Origin: Euzebyales bacterium
GTDB taxonomy: Bacteria; Actinomycetota; Nitriliruptoria; Euzebyales; JAHELV01
Direction: 5' to 3'
Assembly (NCBI GenBank): GCA_035461305.1
Contig: DATHVN010000157.1
Span: forward strand, 2,271 to 66,270
Length of the DNA: 64,000 nucleotides
Shown: positions 1 through 11,083 of the stretch, in pieces
Layout: the number at the start of each line of letters is the position of its first letter
How positions within the stretch are numbered: position 1 is the stretch's first letter
Translations under genes and position numbers: made by a program
Notes under the pieces: model-generated
The model's input: the letters and a program-made list of their open reading frames with translations, nothing else
The model's database searches: none
Told to the model about the DNA's origin: nothing

Positions 1-2057
1 TCGGCGACGAGACCGGCCTGCTGCTCAACGGCCCGGAGCAGTCGTTCCGGGTCGTCGGCATCATCGAGCCGCCCGGCGCGGTGCAGGACCTCGCCGGCTC
101 GACCACCGTCGTGTTCAGCGATGCCATGGCCGAGCGGCTGTACGGGTCTGACGGCGCGACCTACATCGCCGTCCGGGCAGCGGACGGGACGAGCACCTCC
201 GAGCTGCGTGACACGCTCACGGCCGAGCTCGGCACGAGACTCGAGGTGCTGACGGTCGACGAGCTCGTGACCGACTCGGTCGCGCAGGTCGGTGAGTTCC
301 TCGGCTTCCTGACGCGCGGCCTGCTGGTGTTCGCGGGAGCCGCGCTCCTGGTCGGCGCCATCATCATCTTCAACACCTTCGGCATCACCGTGACGCAGCG
401 CACAAGGGAGCTGGCCCTGGTGCAGGCCATCGGCGCCGACAACAGGCAGGTGCTGCGCGCCGTCCTCGGCGAGGCGTTCATCGTCGGCGTGGTCGGATCA
501 GGGGCGGGCGTCGCGATCGGCGTTGTCACGGCGGTCGGGCTCCGTGAACTGCTGCGCCTGGTCGAGCTGCCACTGCCGTCGACGCACCTGGTCTTCGAAC
601 CGCGGACGGCAGCGATCGGGTTCGCGGTCGGCGTGATCGTGACGGTCATCGCCGCCCTCGGACCGGCGGTGCGGGCCGCCCGCCGTCCTCCCGTCGACGC
701 ACTGCGCGCCGCGGGGACCGGCGCCCGCACCACCGTCTCGACGCCGCGTCTGATCGCGGGCTCCCTCGTCGGTGGCATCGCGGCGTCGACGCTGGTCGGG
801 ACCGGGCTGGACCGTGGTGGGATGATCGGACTGGCCGTGGGCGCAGCGGCGCTCACGCTGGCGATCGTGCTGCTCGCGCCGCTGGCCACCGGACCGCTGA
901 CGGCGATGATCGGCCTGCCGGTCCGCGCGATCCGCCGGCTGCCGGGCACGCTCGCCCGCGCCAACGCGGTCCGCAACCCGGGACGCACGGCCGCCACGGC
1001 GACGGCCCTGCTGGTCGGTCTGGGGCTCGTGACGTTCGTGCTCATCCTCGTGTCATCGTTCCGTTCGTCACTCGACCGCGTGATCGTGGAGCAGTTCCGT
1101 GCGGACTACCAGCTGCAGGCGGTCGACCAGATCGGGTTCCCGAGCGCCGTCACCAACGACGCGGCGGCGGTCGACGGCGTCGCCCTGGTGAGCGCCGCAA
1201 AGGTGATGCGCGGTGACGTCAACGGCGAGACGCGCACGATGTTCGCCATCGACCCGCAGACGCTCCCAGAGGTGTACGACGTCGAGGTGCTGGAGGGCGA
1301 CCTCGCGGACCTCGCCGACGGCGGCGTCGCCGTGTCGAAGAAGCTCGGCGTGCCGCTGGGAGCGCAGATCGCGGTCCACATCGGGAGCTCGGCGCGGTCG
1401 ACACCCAGGCAGGTCGTGGCGCTCACCGAGGACGTCCACCTGCCTGGCACGACCCGGATCGCCCAGGCGCTGGTCGACGTGTCGACCGCCGGTGAGGCGG
1501 TCGCCGAGCAGCAGGACCTGGTCGCATTCGTCGGGCTGGCCGAGGCTGCCGACCGGCCCGCGGTTCGCATGGGGCTGGAGGGGGTGGTCGCCGAGCAGCC
1601 GGATGTGCGCGTCGCCGACACCGCCGAGCTGCGGGCCCAGGTACGCGACCAGACCGATCGCCTCCTCGGCCTGGTGATCGGCCTCGTCCTGCTGTCGGTC
1701 ATCATCGCCTTCGTGGGCGTCGTCAACGCGCTCGGGCTGTCGGTCGTCGAGCGTTCCGACGAGCTCGGGCTGCTGCAGGCGCTCGGCATGACGGGTCGGC
1801 AGGCGCGGTCGATGGTGCGCTGGGAGTCGGTGATCATCACCATGCTGGGCACCGCCGTCGGTCTCGGCCTCGGCACCATGTTCGGCTGGCTCGGGGTCCG
1901 TGTGCTGCGCGACGAGGGCCTCACCGCGTTCACGCTACCGACCACGCAGATCGGCATCGCAGTCGTCGTGATGCTCGGCGCCGGCGTCGTCGCCTCGGTC
2001 CTGCCCGCGCGACGGGCCAGCCACGTCGACGTGCTGCGCGCGGTGACCGTCGAGTAG
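1..2057 (+). CDS. ABC transporter permease, FtsX/MacB-like (5' end lies outside the window)
   Basis: ORF 81..2057 stays open in the same frame back to base 3 (GDETGLLLNGPEQSFRVVGIIEPP...). Two FtsX-type TM blocks, the second being LVLLSVIIAFVGVVNALGLSVVERSDELGLLQALGM. Confidence 0.8.
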   Translation, partial: GDETGLLLNGPEQSFRVVGIIEPPGAVQDLAGSTTVVFSDAMAERLYGSDGATYIAVRAADGTSTSELRDTLTAELGTRLEVLTVDELVTDSVAQVGEFLGFLTRGLLVFAGAALLVGAIIIFNTFGITVTQRTRELALVQAIGADNRQVLRAVLGEAFIVGVVGSGAGVAIGVVTAVGLRELLRLVELPLPSTHLVFEPRTAAIGFAVGVIVTVIAALGPAVRAARRPPVDALRAAGTGARTTVSTPRLIAGSLVGGIAASTLVGTGLDRGGMIGLAVGAAALTLAIVLLAPLATGPLTAMIGLPVRAIRRLPGTLARANAVRNPGRTAATATALLVGLGLVTFVLILVSSFRSSLDRVIVEQFRADYQLQAVDQIGFPSAVTNDAAAVDGVALVSAAKVMRGDVNGETRTMFAIDPQTLPEVYDVEVLEGDLADLADGGVAVSKKLGVPLGAQIAVHIGSSARSTPRQVVALTEDVHLPGTTRIAQALVDVSTAGEAVAEQQDLVAFVGLAEAADRPAVRMGLEGVVAEQPDVRVADTAELRAQVRDQTDRLLGLVIGLVLLSVIIAFVGVVNALGLSVVERSDELGLLQALGMTGRQARSMVRWESVIITMLGTAVGLGLGTMFGWLGVRVLRDEGLTAFTLPTTQIGIAVVVMLGAGVVASVLPARRASHVDVLRAVTVE

Positions 2058-2356
2058 GCTGCGACCACACCATCGAGCCGGTCGGCCGTGACGGTGCTCA
2101 GCGCCGATGCGTGTGGATTGCGCCCCCAGGGCCGCTCCCTATACTCGGCGCTAGTCCGCAGCGCCAGGCTCCACGACGCATGTCGTGGGCCGGCTCGCCA
2201 GGACATCAGCGCGGGGCCCGGGACCACGCCAGCGGCTCCGCCGGACGCATCTCTGGACGCACTGTCGTGCGCCGCGCACACCCATCACGGCGCGCCGCGC
2301 GACGTGGCCACCCGACGGACCGAGCGCCGGGTCCCGAGCGAGGAGAACCAGGCCCG

Positions 2357-4471
<2,115 letters not shown>

Positions 4472-4641
4472 CCCGGACGGCCCCACGTTGTGCGGTCGTC
4501 CAGGTACGACGGGATCCACCCACAGGGATGGTCCCGTCGTGTCGCATCGGCCAATGTGTGGCCAAGGATCCGTCGTGCAGGATGATCGCTGCCGGCACCC
4601 GACGGGGCCGGCAGCCAACGTCCGACAGGTGCGGAGGATCG

Positions 4642-4959
4642 ATGGTCACCGAGCAGCTCAGCGACGCGTTCGACACCTTCTATCGCGAGCACGCGCCGGC
4701 GGTCTTCGACCTGGCGCTGCGCCACGGCGGTGACCACACCACCGCCGTGGCCTGCGTCGACGCGATCTTCGCCGAGCTGTCCGAGCACTGGGGGCAGATC
4801 AGCGACCCGCTGCGCTTCGCCCGCCGCGCCGCGGTCCTGTTCGTGTGCGGCTCACACCGTCGCGTCGGGCACGCGATGCGGTTGTGCCGACCGGGCCCGC
4901 GGTCGCGGACCAGTCACCGGCCCGAGGCCGCTCTCGCCGCGCTGACCGCAACGGCCTGA
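4642..4959 (+). CDS. Hypothetical 105-aa protein resembling only sigma-70 region 2 (possible ECF sigma remnant)
   Basis: ATG 4642 preceded by GGAGGA. FDTFYREHAPAVFDLALRHGGDHTTAVACVDAIFAELSEHW resembles ECF sigma region 2. No region 4 follows. Confidence 0.3.
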   Translation: MVTEQLSDAFDTFYREHAPAVFDLALRHGGDHTTAVACVDAIFAELSEHWGQISDPLRFARRAAVLFVCGSHRRVGHAMRLCRPGPRSRTSHRPEAALAALTATA

Positions 4960-5005
4960 CCGCCCGCCAGCAACCCGACGCGCGCTGAGGGTCTGTCTCC
5001 GGACC

Positions 5006-5617
5006 CTAGCAGCGCCCCCAGCCGTACACCCAGGACACGTCCGACCGTCCCAGCGGATCGGGCCGCATCTGGATCTCGACCTGCTGGTAGCCCTGGTCGA
5101 GCAACAGCATCTTGAGCTCCTCACCGGTCACGCTCGTCACGTGGACCGGGCCGACCTCGGGCTCGTCGACCAGGTCCAGGTCGCCGCGGCCCTCGCGGAA
5201 GGACACGAAGATCGGCCCGCGCCCGTGGACCCTCCGCAGCTCGCCGAACGCCGCGCGCATCTCGCGTCGCGGCAGGTGTTGCAGCGCCGCGGCTGCCCAC
5301 ACCCCCTCGAACACGCCGTCGGCGAACGGCAGGCGGCGAAAGTCCCAGCGCGCCAGCGGGCGCTTCGGGAACAGCATGTGGCCGATCTTCATCAGCTCCT
5401 CGCTGCGGTCGCCCGCGAACACGGCCAGGCCCTGGTCGCGCAGCACCCGCACGTCCAGCGCGGGGCCGCAGGCGACATCGATCACGCGGGCGTTGCGTCC
5501 CGCCAGCGTGCCGAAGGTCCGCACCGCATCGAGCGGCCGTCGCTCCTTCCACAGCTCGTGATAGCGCTCGGCCGCGCGGCCGTACGCCTCGATGGTCTCC
5601 TGTGTCCGTGGATCCAC
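5006..5617 (-). CDS. Class I SAM-dependent methyltransferase
   Basis: 203-aa ORF. SAM-binding motif I VIDVACGPALD, then LPFADGVFEGVWAAAALQHL. Confidence 0.8.
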   Translation of the reverse strand: MDPRTQETIEAYGRAAERYHELWKERRPLDAVRTFGTLAGRNARVIDVACGPALDVRVLRDQGLAVFAGDRSEELMKIGHMLFPKRPLARWDFRRLPFADGVFEGVWAAAALQHLPRREMRAAFGELRRVHGRGPIFVSFREGRGDLDLVDEPEVGPVHVTSVTGEELKMLLLDQGYQQVEIQMRPDPLGRSDVSWVYGWGRC

Positions 5618-5704
5618 GCGTCCCGCCAGTCTGGAGAAGCAGCCTGTGGCGTCGATGATGCCAAGTCGGCGGGCGGCCCGCGACCGCTCACACGGTCCGG
5701 GCGG

Positions 5705-6106
5705 TCAGCCCGTGCCGACGACGAAGCGCAGCCGCATGAGGTCCCCGTCGGGCTCGTGGCTGAACTCGTCGGTCAGCCCCTCGATCAGGGTGAAGCTGAG
5801 TCCGGGGTCGAGCAGGTCCACGCCCGGGTGGTCGGTGTCGTTGACGGCATCCGTCGGGTGGTCCAGACCCAGCACGACCACCTCGAACCCGGCGGACGTC
5901 CTGCCGAAGCGCAACTCGATCGGTGCGGAGCTGTCACCGAAGTCGTTGCTGCCCGTCGCGTTGGCCAGCGCCTCGGCGACAGCGATCTTGACATCCTCGA
6001 CCCGGTCCTGTGCGACGCCCGCCAGGCGGGCGGCCTGGGCCACCACGAGCCGTGCGAGACCGACGTAGGCCGGGTCCCGCGGGATGCGGAGCTCGATTGC
6101 AGGCAT
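5705..6106 (-). CDS. Anti-sigma factor / serine kinase, RsbW-SpoIIAB-like HATPase
   Basis: 133 aa. ARLVVAQAARLAGVAQDRVEDVKIAVAEALANA N-box-like segment. Lies immediately downstream of a STAS antagonist gene. Confidence 0.7.
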   Translation of the reverse strand: MPAIELRIPRDPAYVGLARLVVAQAARLAGVAQDRVEDVKIAVAEALANATGSNDFGDSSAPIELRFGRTSAGFEVVVLGLDHPTDAVNDTDHPGVDLLDPGLSFTLIEGLTDEFSHEPDGDLMRLRFVVGTG

Positions 6107-6126
6107 CGACGAGCGGCTGTCGGCTG

Positions 6127-6483
6127 CTACGACAGCGCCTCCTCGAGAGTGTCGTGGATCGGGAACACCTTGGTCAGTCCGGTGATGCGGAAGATCTTGA
6201 GGATGCGCTCCTGGTTGCAGACGAGCTCCAGCGAGCCGTTGTGGGACCGCACGCGCTTGAGCCCGCCCACCAGGACGCCCAGGCCCGTGGAGTCGAGGAA
6301 CTCGACCTTCGTCATGTCGACGACGATGTTGTAGTGGCCGTCGCTGACGAGCTCGACCAGCTTCTCGCGTAGCTTCGGCGCCGTGTAGACGTCACATTCG
6401 CCCGCGACGTCGAGGACGGTCGTGTCGCCCTCGGTGCGGTGTTCCAGCGTCAACTCCACGTCGTACCCCTTGGTCTTCCGCAT
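6127..6483 (-). CDS. Anti-sigma factor antagonist (STAS domain, RsbV/SpoIIAA-like)
   Basis: Internal ATG at 6483 of ORF 6127..6738 gives 118 aa, [15 protein letters not shown]...[22 protein letters not shown]. This contains the conserved phosphorylatable DSTG motif. Confidence 0.85.
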   Translation of the reverse strand: MRKTKGYDVELTLEHRTEGDTTVLDVAGECDVYTAPKLREKLVELVSDGHYNIVVDMTKVEFLDSTGLGVLVGGLKRVRSHNGSLELVCNQERILKIFRITGLTKVFPIHDTLEEALS

Positions 6484-6595
6484 GTGCTCGACTCGATGGG
6501 CCGGCGGCGGATCGTATGGTCGGCACGGGGACCACCGCGCCTTCTGATCTGGTGGTCTATCCGCAGCGCGAGGCCAACAAACTTCGCGGGACCTT

Positions 6596-6745
6596 GTTCC
6601 GCGAACGGCTGGTGGACCGGCTCCGCCGGACAGTGACTCCCGGGGCCTGGTTCCGCGAACGGCTGGAGGACCGGCTCCGCCGGACAGTGACTTCGTGGGC
6701 CCGGTTCGCGCGACCAGAGGAGCGGCTCCGTCGCACACCGACGTC
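6596..6745. repeat. 54-bp tandem repeat, 2 full copies plus 1 degenerate copy
   Basis: Copies at 6596-6649 and 6650-6703 differ at about 5 of 54 positions. A degenerate third copy starts at 6704. Each unit begins GTTCCGCGAAC and contains CCGGC-TCC-GCCGG. Confidence 0.8.
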
Positions 6746-7018
6746 GATCCGTGCGCAGCGTTCGGTCCGCGGGCCGCGTGACGACGGTTTCAGGGGCTGT
6801 CTCCCGGACCGGTCGTGTGCCTGGTCGTATCGCTGCTCGACTCCCGACGGCCCATGGAGCCTACGGCACGGTGACCAGGGCAGCTGCGCCCGGCTCGCAA
6901 AGGCGCGGTGAGCGACGCACACCGGGCTTGTGTCGGCGCGAGCCGCAACGACGCGAGCCGGGATGCAGATGCGGCCGAATGCCGGCCGGCACCGGGGGAC
7001 AGACCCTAGCCTGGCGAC

Positions 7019-9304
7019 GTGGACAGCGACGCCCTGCTCCGGATGCTCGCCGAGGACGCTGCCGAGGCACACCCCGACGCCCTCGACCGGTCGCGACTGA
7101 CCGCGGTCGAGGTGCTGCCCGCACGTCCACCGCGAACGACGGGCCTGCCCGACTGGCTCTCCCCGCTTATCGTCCAGCGCCTTGGCCTCGCGGGCATCAC
7201 GTCGTTGTACGACCACCAGGCCGAGGCCGTCAGGCGGATCCGCGCCGGAAGCCACACCGTGGTCGCCACTGGCACCGCCAGCGGCAAGAGCCTGTGCTAC
7301 CAACTCCCACTGCTGCAGGCCGTGCTCGACGACGACCGCACGACGGCGCTGTACCTGTCACCGACCAAGGCCCTCGCCAGAGACCAGGTTCGCGCGCTGC
7401 GCGACTTCCGCCTGCCGCAGGTGCGTGCCGCCGCGTACGACGGAGACCTGCCGCGCGCCGAGCGCGACGCCATCCGCAGGACGGCCAACGTTGTCCTGAC
7501 CAACCCCGACATGCTGCACGTCGGCATCCTGCCCAACCACCGCCGGTGGGGCGACTTCCTCCACCGCCTGGCGCTGGTCATCGTGGACGAGTGCCACGTC
7601 GCGCGCGGCGTGTTCGGGTCGCACGTCGCTGCGATCCTGCGGCGGCTGCGCCGGATCTGCTCGCACTACAGCGCGGAGCCGACCTTCGCGCTCGCGAGCG
7701 CGACGATCGGGAACCCGGCCGAGCACGCCACCTCATTGGTCGGTGCGCCGGTCGAGGAGGTAGCGACGGACGGAGCCGGGCGTCCACGGATGGTCATCGG
7801 CCTGTGGGAGCCGCCGCTGATCGACGATCAGCTGCGCACCCGCCGGTCGACGCTCGCCGAAGCGTCCGACCTGCTGGCGGCGATCGCGACGACGGACCGG
7901 TCCACGCTCGCCTTCGCGCGGTCCCGCGCCGGCGTCGAGCTGCTCGCCATCCACGCCCGGCGCAACGCCCCGGACCTTGAGGTCCGGGCGTACCGGGCCG
8001 GACTGCTCGCCGACGAGCGACGGACCGTCGAGCGCGGCCTGATCGACGGCACCATCCGCGCGGTCGCTGCCACCGACGCGCTGGAGCTCGGCGTCGACAT
8101 CGGCAGGCTCGACGCGGTGATCGTCGCGGGGTGGCCGGGCACCGCCGCGTCGTTCTGGCAGCAGGCCGGTCGGGCGGGCCGTCGCGGCAACGAAGCGCTG
8201 GTCGTGTTCATCGGCGACGACAACCCGCTGGACCACTACCTGCTCGCCCACCCTGTGCGCCTGCTCGGCCGCCCCCTGGAGCATGCGCGCAGCGACGTGT
8301 CGAACCCCCACATCCTGGCGCCGCACCTCGAGTGCGCGGCGTGGGAGCTGCCCCTGGACGCCGACGAGGAGTGGTTCCCGCCCGCGGATTCCACGCCCTT
8401 GATCGAGGCTGGGATCGCGGACGGACGGCTGCGGCGCCGCAACGACCGGGTCTACTGGGCGGGGCGGGGCTCGCCCGCGGCCAGCGTCCACATCCGCTCG
8501 ACCATGGGCGCACCCGTCACGATCGTCGAGGGATCGACCGGCGTGGTCATCGGCGACGTCGACGCGGCGCGTGCCCCCGCGACCGTCCACCCGGGTGCCA
8601 GCTACCTGCACCAGGGGCGCAGCTGGCGGGTGACCGACCTGGACCTGGACACCGGCGTCGCCGCCGTCGAGCGCGACGACGGGACGACCTACACCCGACC
8701 GCGCAGCGATACCGATCTGCTGGTCCTCTCCGAGCTGCGGCGACGGCCCTGGGGGAGGTGCGTGCTGTCGTTCGGACGTGTGGAGGTCACCACGCAGGTG
8801 CTTGCCTACGAGCGCCGCCACGTCTTCTCGGGCGAGTCGCTCGGCGTGGTCGAGCTCGACCTACCGCGCCAACGCCTGCAGACGGCTGCGGTGTGGCTCA
8901 CCACGCCACAGCCCGTCCTCGACGTCGCTGCCCTGAGCACGCAGCGGTGGCCGGGTGCGCTGCACGCCGCGGAGCACGCCGCGATCGGCCTGCTCCCGCT
9001 GTTCGCCATGTGTGACCGCTGGGACATCGGTGGCGTGTCGACGCCGTGGCACCCCGACACCGCGAACCCGACGATCTTCGTCTACGACGGCATCCCCGGC
9101 GGCGCGGGCATCACGGCGCGCGCGTTCGACATCGACGCGCTGTGGTGGGCGGCCACACGGGACGCGATCCGCGCCTGCCCGTGTGACGACGGCTGCCCCT
9201 CGTGCGTGCAGTCGCCCAAGTGCGGCAACGGCAACGAGCCACTCGACAAGGCCGGCGCGATCGCCCTGCTCGACGCCGCGCTGGCCGACCATGACGCTGC
9301 CTGA
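7019..9304 (+). CDS. DEAD/DEAH-box helicase with C-terminal DUF1998 zinc module (MrfA/YprA-like, helicase/secretion-neighbourhood type)
   Basis: GTG start. Walker A ATGTASGKS, DECH box (VIVDECH), and C-terminal CPCDDGCPSCVQSPKCGNGNEPLDK. Confidence 0.9.
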   Translation: MDSDALLRMLAEDAAEAHPDALDRSRLTAVEVLPARPPRTTGLPDWLSPLIVQRLGLAGITSLYDHQAEAVRRIRAGSHTVVATGTASGKSLCYQLPLLQAVLDDDRTTALYLSPTKALARDQVRALRDFRLPQVRAAAYDGDLPRAERDAIRRTANVVLTNPDMLHVGILPNHRRWGDFLHRLALVIVDECHVARGVFGSHVAAILRRLRRICSHYSAEPTFALASATIGNPAEHATSLVGAPVEEVATDGAGRPRMVIGLWEPPLIDDQLRTRRSTLAEASDLLAAIATTDRSTLAFARSRAGVELLAIHARRNAPDLEVRAYRAGLLADERRTVERGLIDGTIRAVAATDALELGVDIGRLDAVIVAGWPGTAASFWQQAGRAGRRGNEALVVFIGDDNPLDHYLLAHPVRLLGRPLEHARSDVSNPHILAPHLECAAWELPLDADEEWFPPADSTPLIEAGIADGRLRRRNDRVYWAGRGSPAASVHIRSTMGAPVTIVEGSTGVVIGDVDAARAPATVHPGASYLHQGRSWRVTDLDLDTGVAAVERDDGTTYTRPRSDTDLLVLSELRRRPWGRCVLSFGRVEVTTQVLAYERRHVFSGESLGVVELDLPRQRLQTAAVWLTTPQPVLDVAALSTQRWPGALHAAEHAAIGLLPLFAMCDRWDIGGVSTPWHPDTANPTIFVYDGIPGGAGITARAFDIDALWWAATRDAIRACPCDDGCPSCVQSPKCGNGNEPLDKAGAIALLDAALADHDAA

Positions 9305-9445
9305 CCATCCGCCGAGGGCGGTCAGACGAGATCGGGTGCGCAACCCGTACGCCCGACCGCACCCGCACCCGACAACACCGCCACCCCACCGCTGGCGCAC
9401 GACCGCCCACCGCCGAGACACGCGCACCCGATGACGGCGGCGTGC

Positions 9446-10258
9446 TCATCCCGGAAGCCAGGTGCGGGGGTCGATGGGGCCGGCTGGGGTGCGGACCTCG
9501 AAGTGCAGGTGCGGGCCGGTCGAGGCGCCGGTCGACCCGACCAGGCCGATGACCTGTCCCGCGGCGACCTGCTGTCCGGCGCGGACGAGCAGCCGCGACT
9601 GGTGGGCGTAGCGGGTGGTGGTGCCGGCGGCGTGCCGGATGTCGACCGCGTTGCCGTAGCCGCCCATCACCCCGGCGGCGACCACCGTGCCGGCCGCGGC
9701 CGCCCGGATCGGCGTTCCCGCGGGCGCGCCGAGGTCGATGCCCGCGTGCAACCGCGAGGTTCCGGTGAGCGGATGGACCCGTGCGCCGAACCCGCTGGTC
9801 ACCGGCGCGGCCACCGGCCACATCCGACCTCCGGGACCCATCGGACCGGACGGCGGCCCATCGGCGACGCCGCCGCCCATCAACGCCGCGGCCGCCTCCG
9901 CCTCGACCTCGGGGACCACCGCACTGAGCAGGGTCGAGTCAGGCGGGACGCCCACCGTCACGTGACGCCGTGCGGGGTCGTCACCGCAGCACGCGAGGAC
10001 CGCACCGCCGTTGGCGCGCGCAAGCACGCCCGCGGCGTCCCGCCCGTCGCCGCCCGCGTCGCCCATCGCGGCCAGCGCCGCAGCGTCCGCGGCGGTCTGC
10101 GCCCGCCCACGGGTGACGAGCAGGTCGGCCACCACGGTCAGCGGCGCCAGGGTCAGCAGCAGGGCTAGTCCGCCACCGACCACGGCCAGCAGCGCCACCG
10201 ACCCCCGCTCGCCGCCGGAGGTCATTCCCGCGGCACGGGGCCGGCGCCGAGCCTGCAC
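9446..10258 (-). CDS. Rv3654c-family TadE-like pseudopilin fused to a C-terminal M23 peptidase domain
   Basis: N-terminus GGERGSVALLAVVGGGLALLLTLAPLTVVADLLVTRGRAQTAADAAALAA...ANGGAVLACC. C-terminus carries M23 motifs HAGIDLGAP and GPHLHFEV. An alternative start is at 10225. Confidence 0.8.
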   Translation of the reverse strand: MQARRRPRAAGMTSGGERGSVALLAVVGGGLALLLTLAPLTVVADLLVTRGRAQTAADAAALAAMGDAGGDGRDAAGVLARANGGAVLACCGDDPARRHVTVGVPPDSTLLSAVVPEVEAEAAAALMGGGVADGPPSGPMGPGGRMWPVAAPVTSGFGARVHPLTGTSRLHAGIDLGAPAGTPIRAAAAGTVVAAGVMGGYGNAVDIRHAAGTTTRYAHQSRLLVRAGQQVAAGQVIGLVGSTGASTGPHLHFEVRTPAGPIDPRTWLPG

Positions 10259-10324
10259 CCGGGTGCGGCTACGGTCGCCGGCGTCCTCGAGCGTGCCCGG
10301 GTGCGTTCCGGGCGAGGCGGGTCG

Positions 10325-10780
10325 TCAGCCGTCATCGCCGAACAACCCCACCGGTGCCTCGCGCCGGAAGGCCGCGCGGGCGGGCAGCCACAGCTGCACG
10401 CCGACCGACGCGAACGCCCGGGTCGCGAGCTCGACGCGGGCCTCGACGAGACCGTCGTGGTCCTCGAACTCCAGCCGCACGTCGCGGTCGCCCGCCAGGT
10501 CCTCGACGACATCGCGCGCATGCTCGTCGCCGTCCACCGCCGCCGTCCGGCCTGCCTCCCGCGCAATGCCGTGGGCCACCAGCACGTCGGCCAGCAGCAG
10601 CCCTGTCTGGGCCAGCAGGCCCAGCAGCACACCCAGCAGCGGCACGATCATCGCGAACTCCAGCGCCTGGCTGCCCGTCTCGCCTCTCGCGAGCGCCTGG
10701 CCGCCCACCTCCCCGGTGGTGGGTGGGGCGGGGGCACGGCCGGCGCCGACCGCACCCCCGGGCATGGTCGTCAGAACCAT
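10325..10780 (-). CDS. TadE-like pilus assembly protein
   Basis: GSQALEFAMIVPLLGVLLGLLAQTGLLLADVLVAHGIAREAGR is a TadE N-terminal signature. Start taken at ATG 10780 (10765 is also possible), overlapping the stop of the upstream gene. Confidence 0.7.
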   Translation of the reverse strand: MVLTTMPGGAVGAGRAPAPPTTGEVGGQALARGETGSQALEFAMIVPLLGVLLGLLAQTGLLLADVLVAHGIAREAGRTAAVDGDEHARDVVEDLAGDRDVRLEFEDHDGLVEARVELATRAFASVGVQLWLPARAAFRREAPVGLFGDDG

Positions 10781-11055
10781 CCCTCGATGACCTTGCTGAG
10801 CGTGCCGATCACGGCATCGACCAGCGCCCGCAGGGTCTCTCGGTTCTTCAGGATGGCCACCAGTCCGGAGCACGCCGCGGCGCTGACGCCGCCGAGCATC
10901 GCGTACTCCGCGGCCTGCGCGCCACGTTCGGCGTGGTCGCGCAACGGTGCGACGTGACGCTCAGCGGCCTCGACGACGCGGGCTCCCACGTCGGTCGCGG
11001 CGAGCCGCACGCCGACATCCAGGCGCCGGGTGATCGTGGCCAACTGCTCGGTCAT
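10771..11055 (-). CDS. DUF4244-type Flp-like pilin (Rv3656c-like)
   Basis: 94 aa with AAAGGAA RBS. ERGAQAAEYAMLGGVSAAACSGLVAILKN matches the G/xxxEY pilin-type processing and hydrophobic core pattern. Confidence 0.65.
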   Translation of the reverse strand: MTEQLATITRRLDVGVRLAATDVGARVVEAAERHVAPLRDHAERGAQAAEYAMLGGVSAAACSGLVAILKNRETLRALVDAVIGTLSKVIEGWF

Positions 11056-11083
11056 GCTCGTTCCTTTCGTGTCGGGCCGACGC

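Noticed and set aside
6596-6745. Tandem repeats (here and at 17667, 27121 and 56432) as possible CRISPR arrays.
   Set aside because: The units are directly adjacent with no unique spacers. Two of the arrays are in-frame coding repeats, and there are no cas genes in the window.
7019-9304. The DEAD-box plus DUF1998 helicase as part of a DISARM-like or other phage-defence system.
   Set aside because: It sits in the conserved actinobacterial helicase/secretion (Tad) neighbourhood with CpaE-like, TadA and TadE-like genes. No methylase, PLD or second DUF1998 partner is adjacent.
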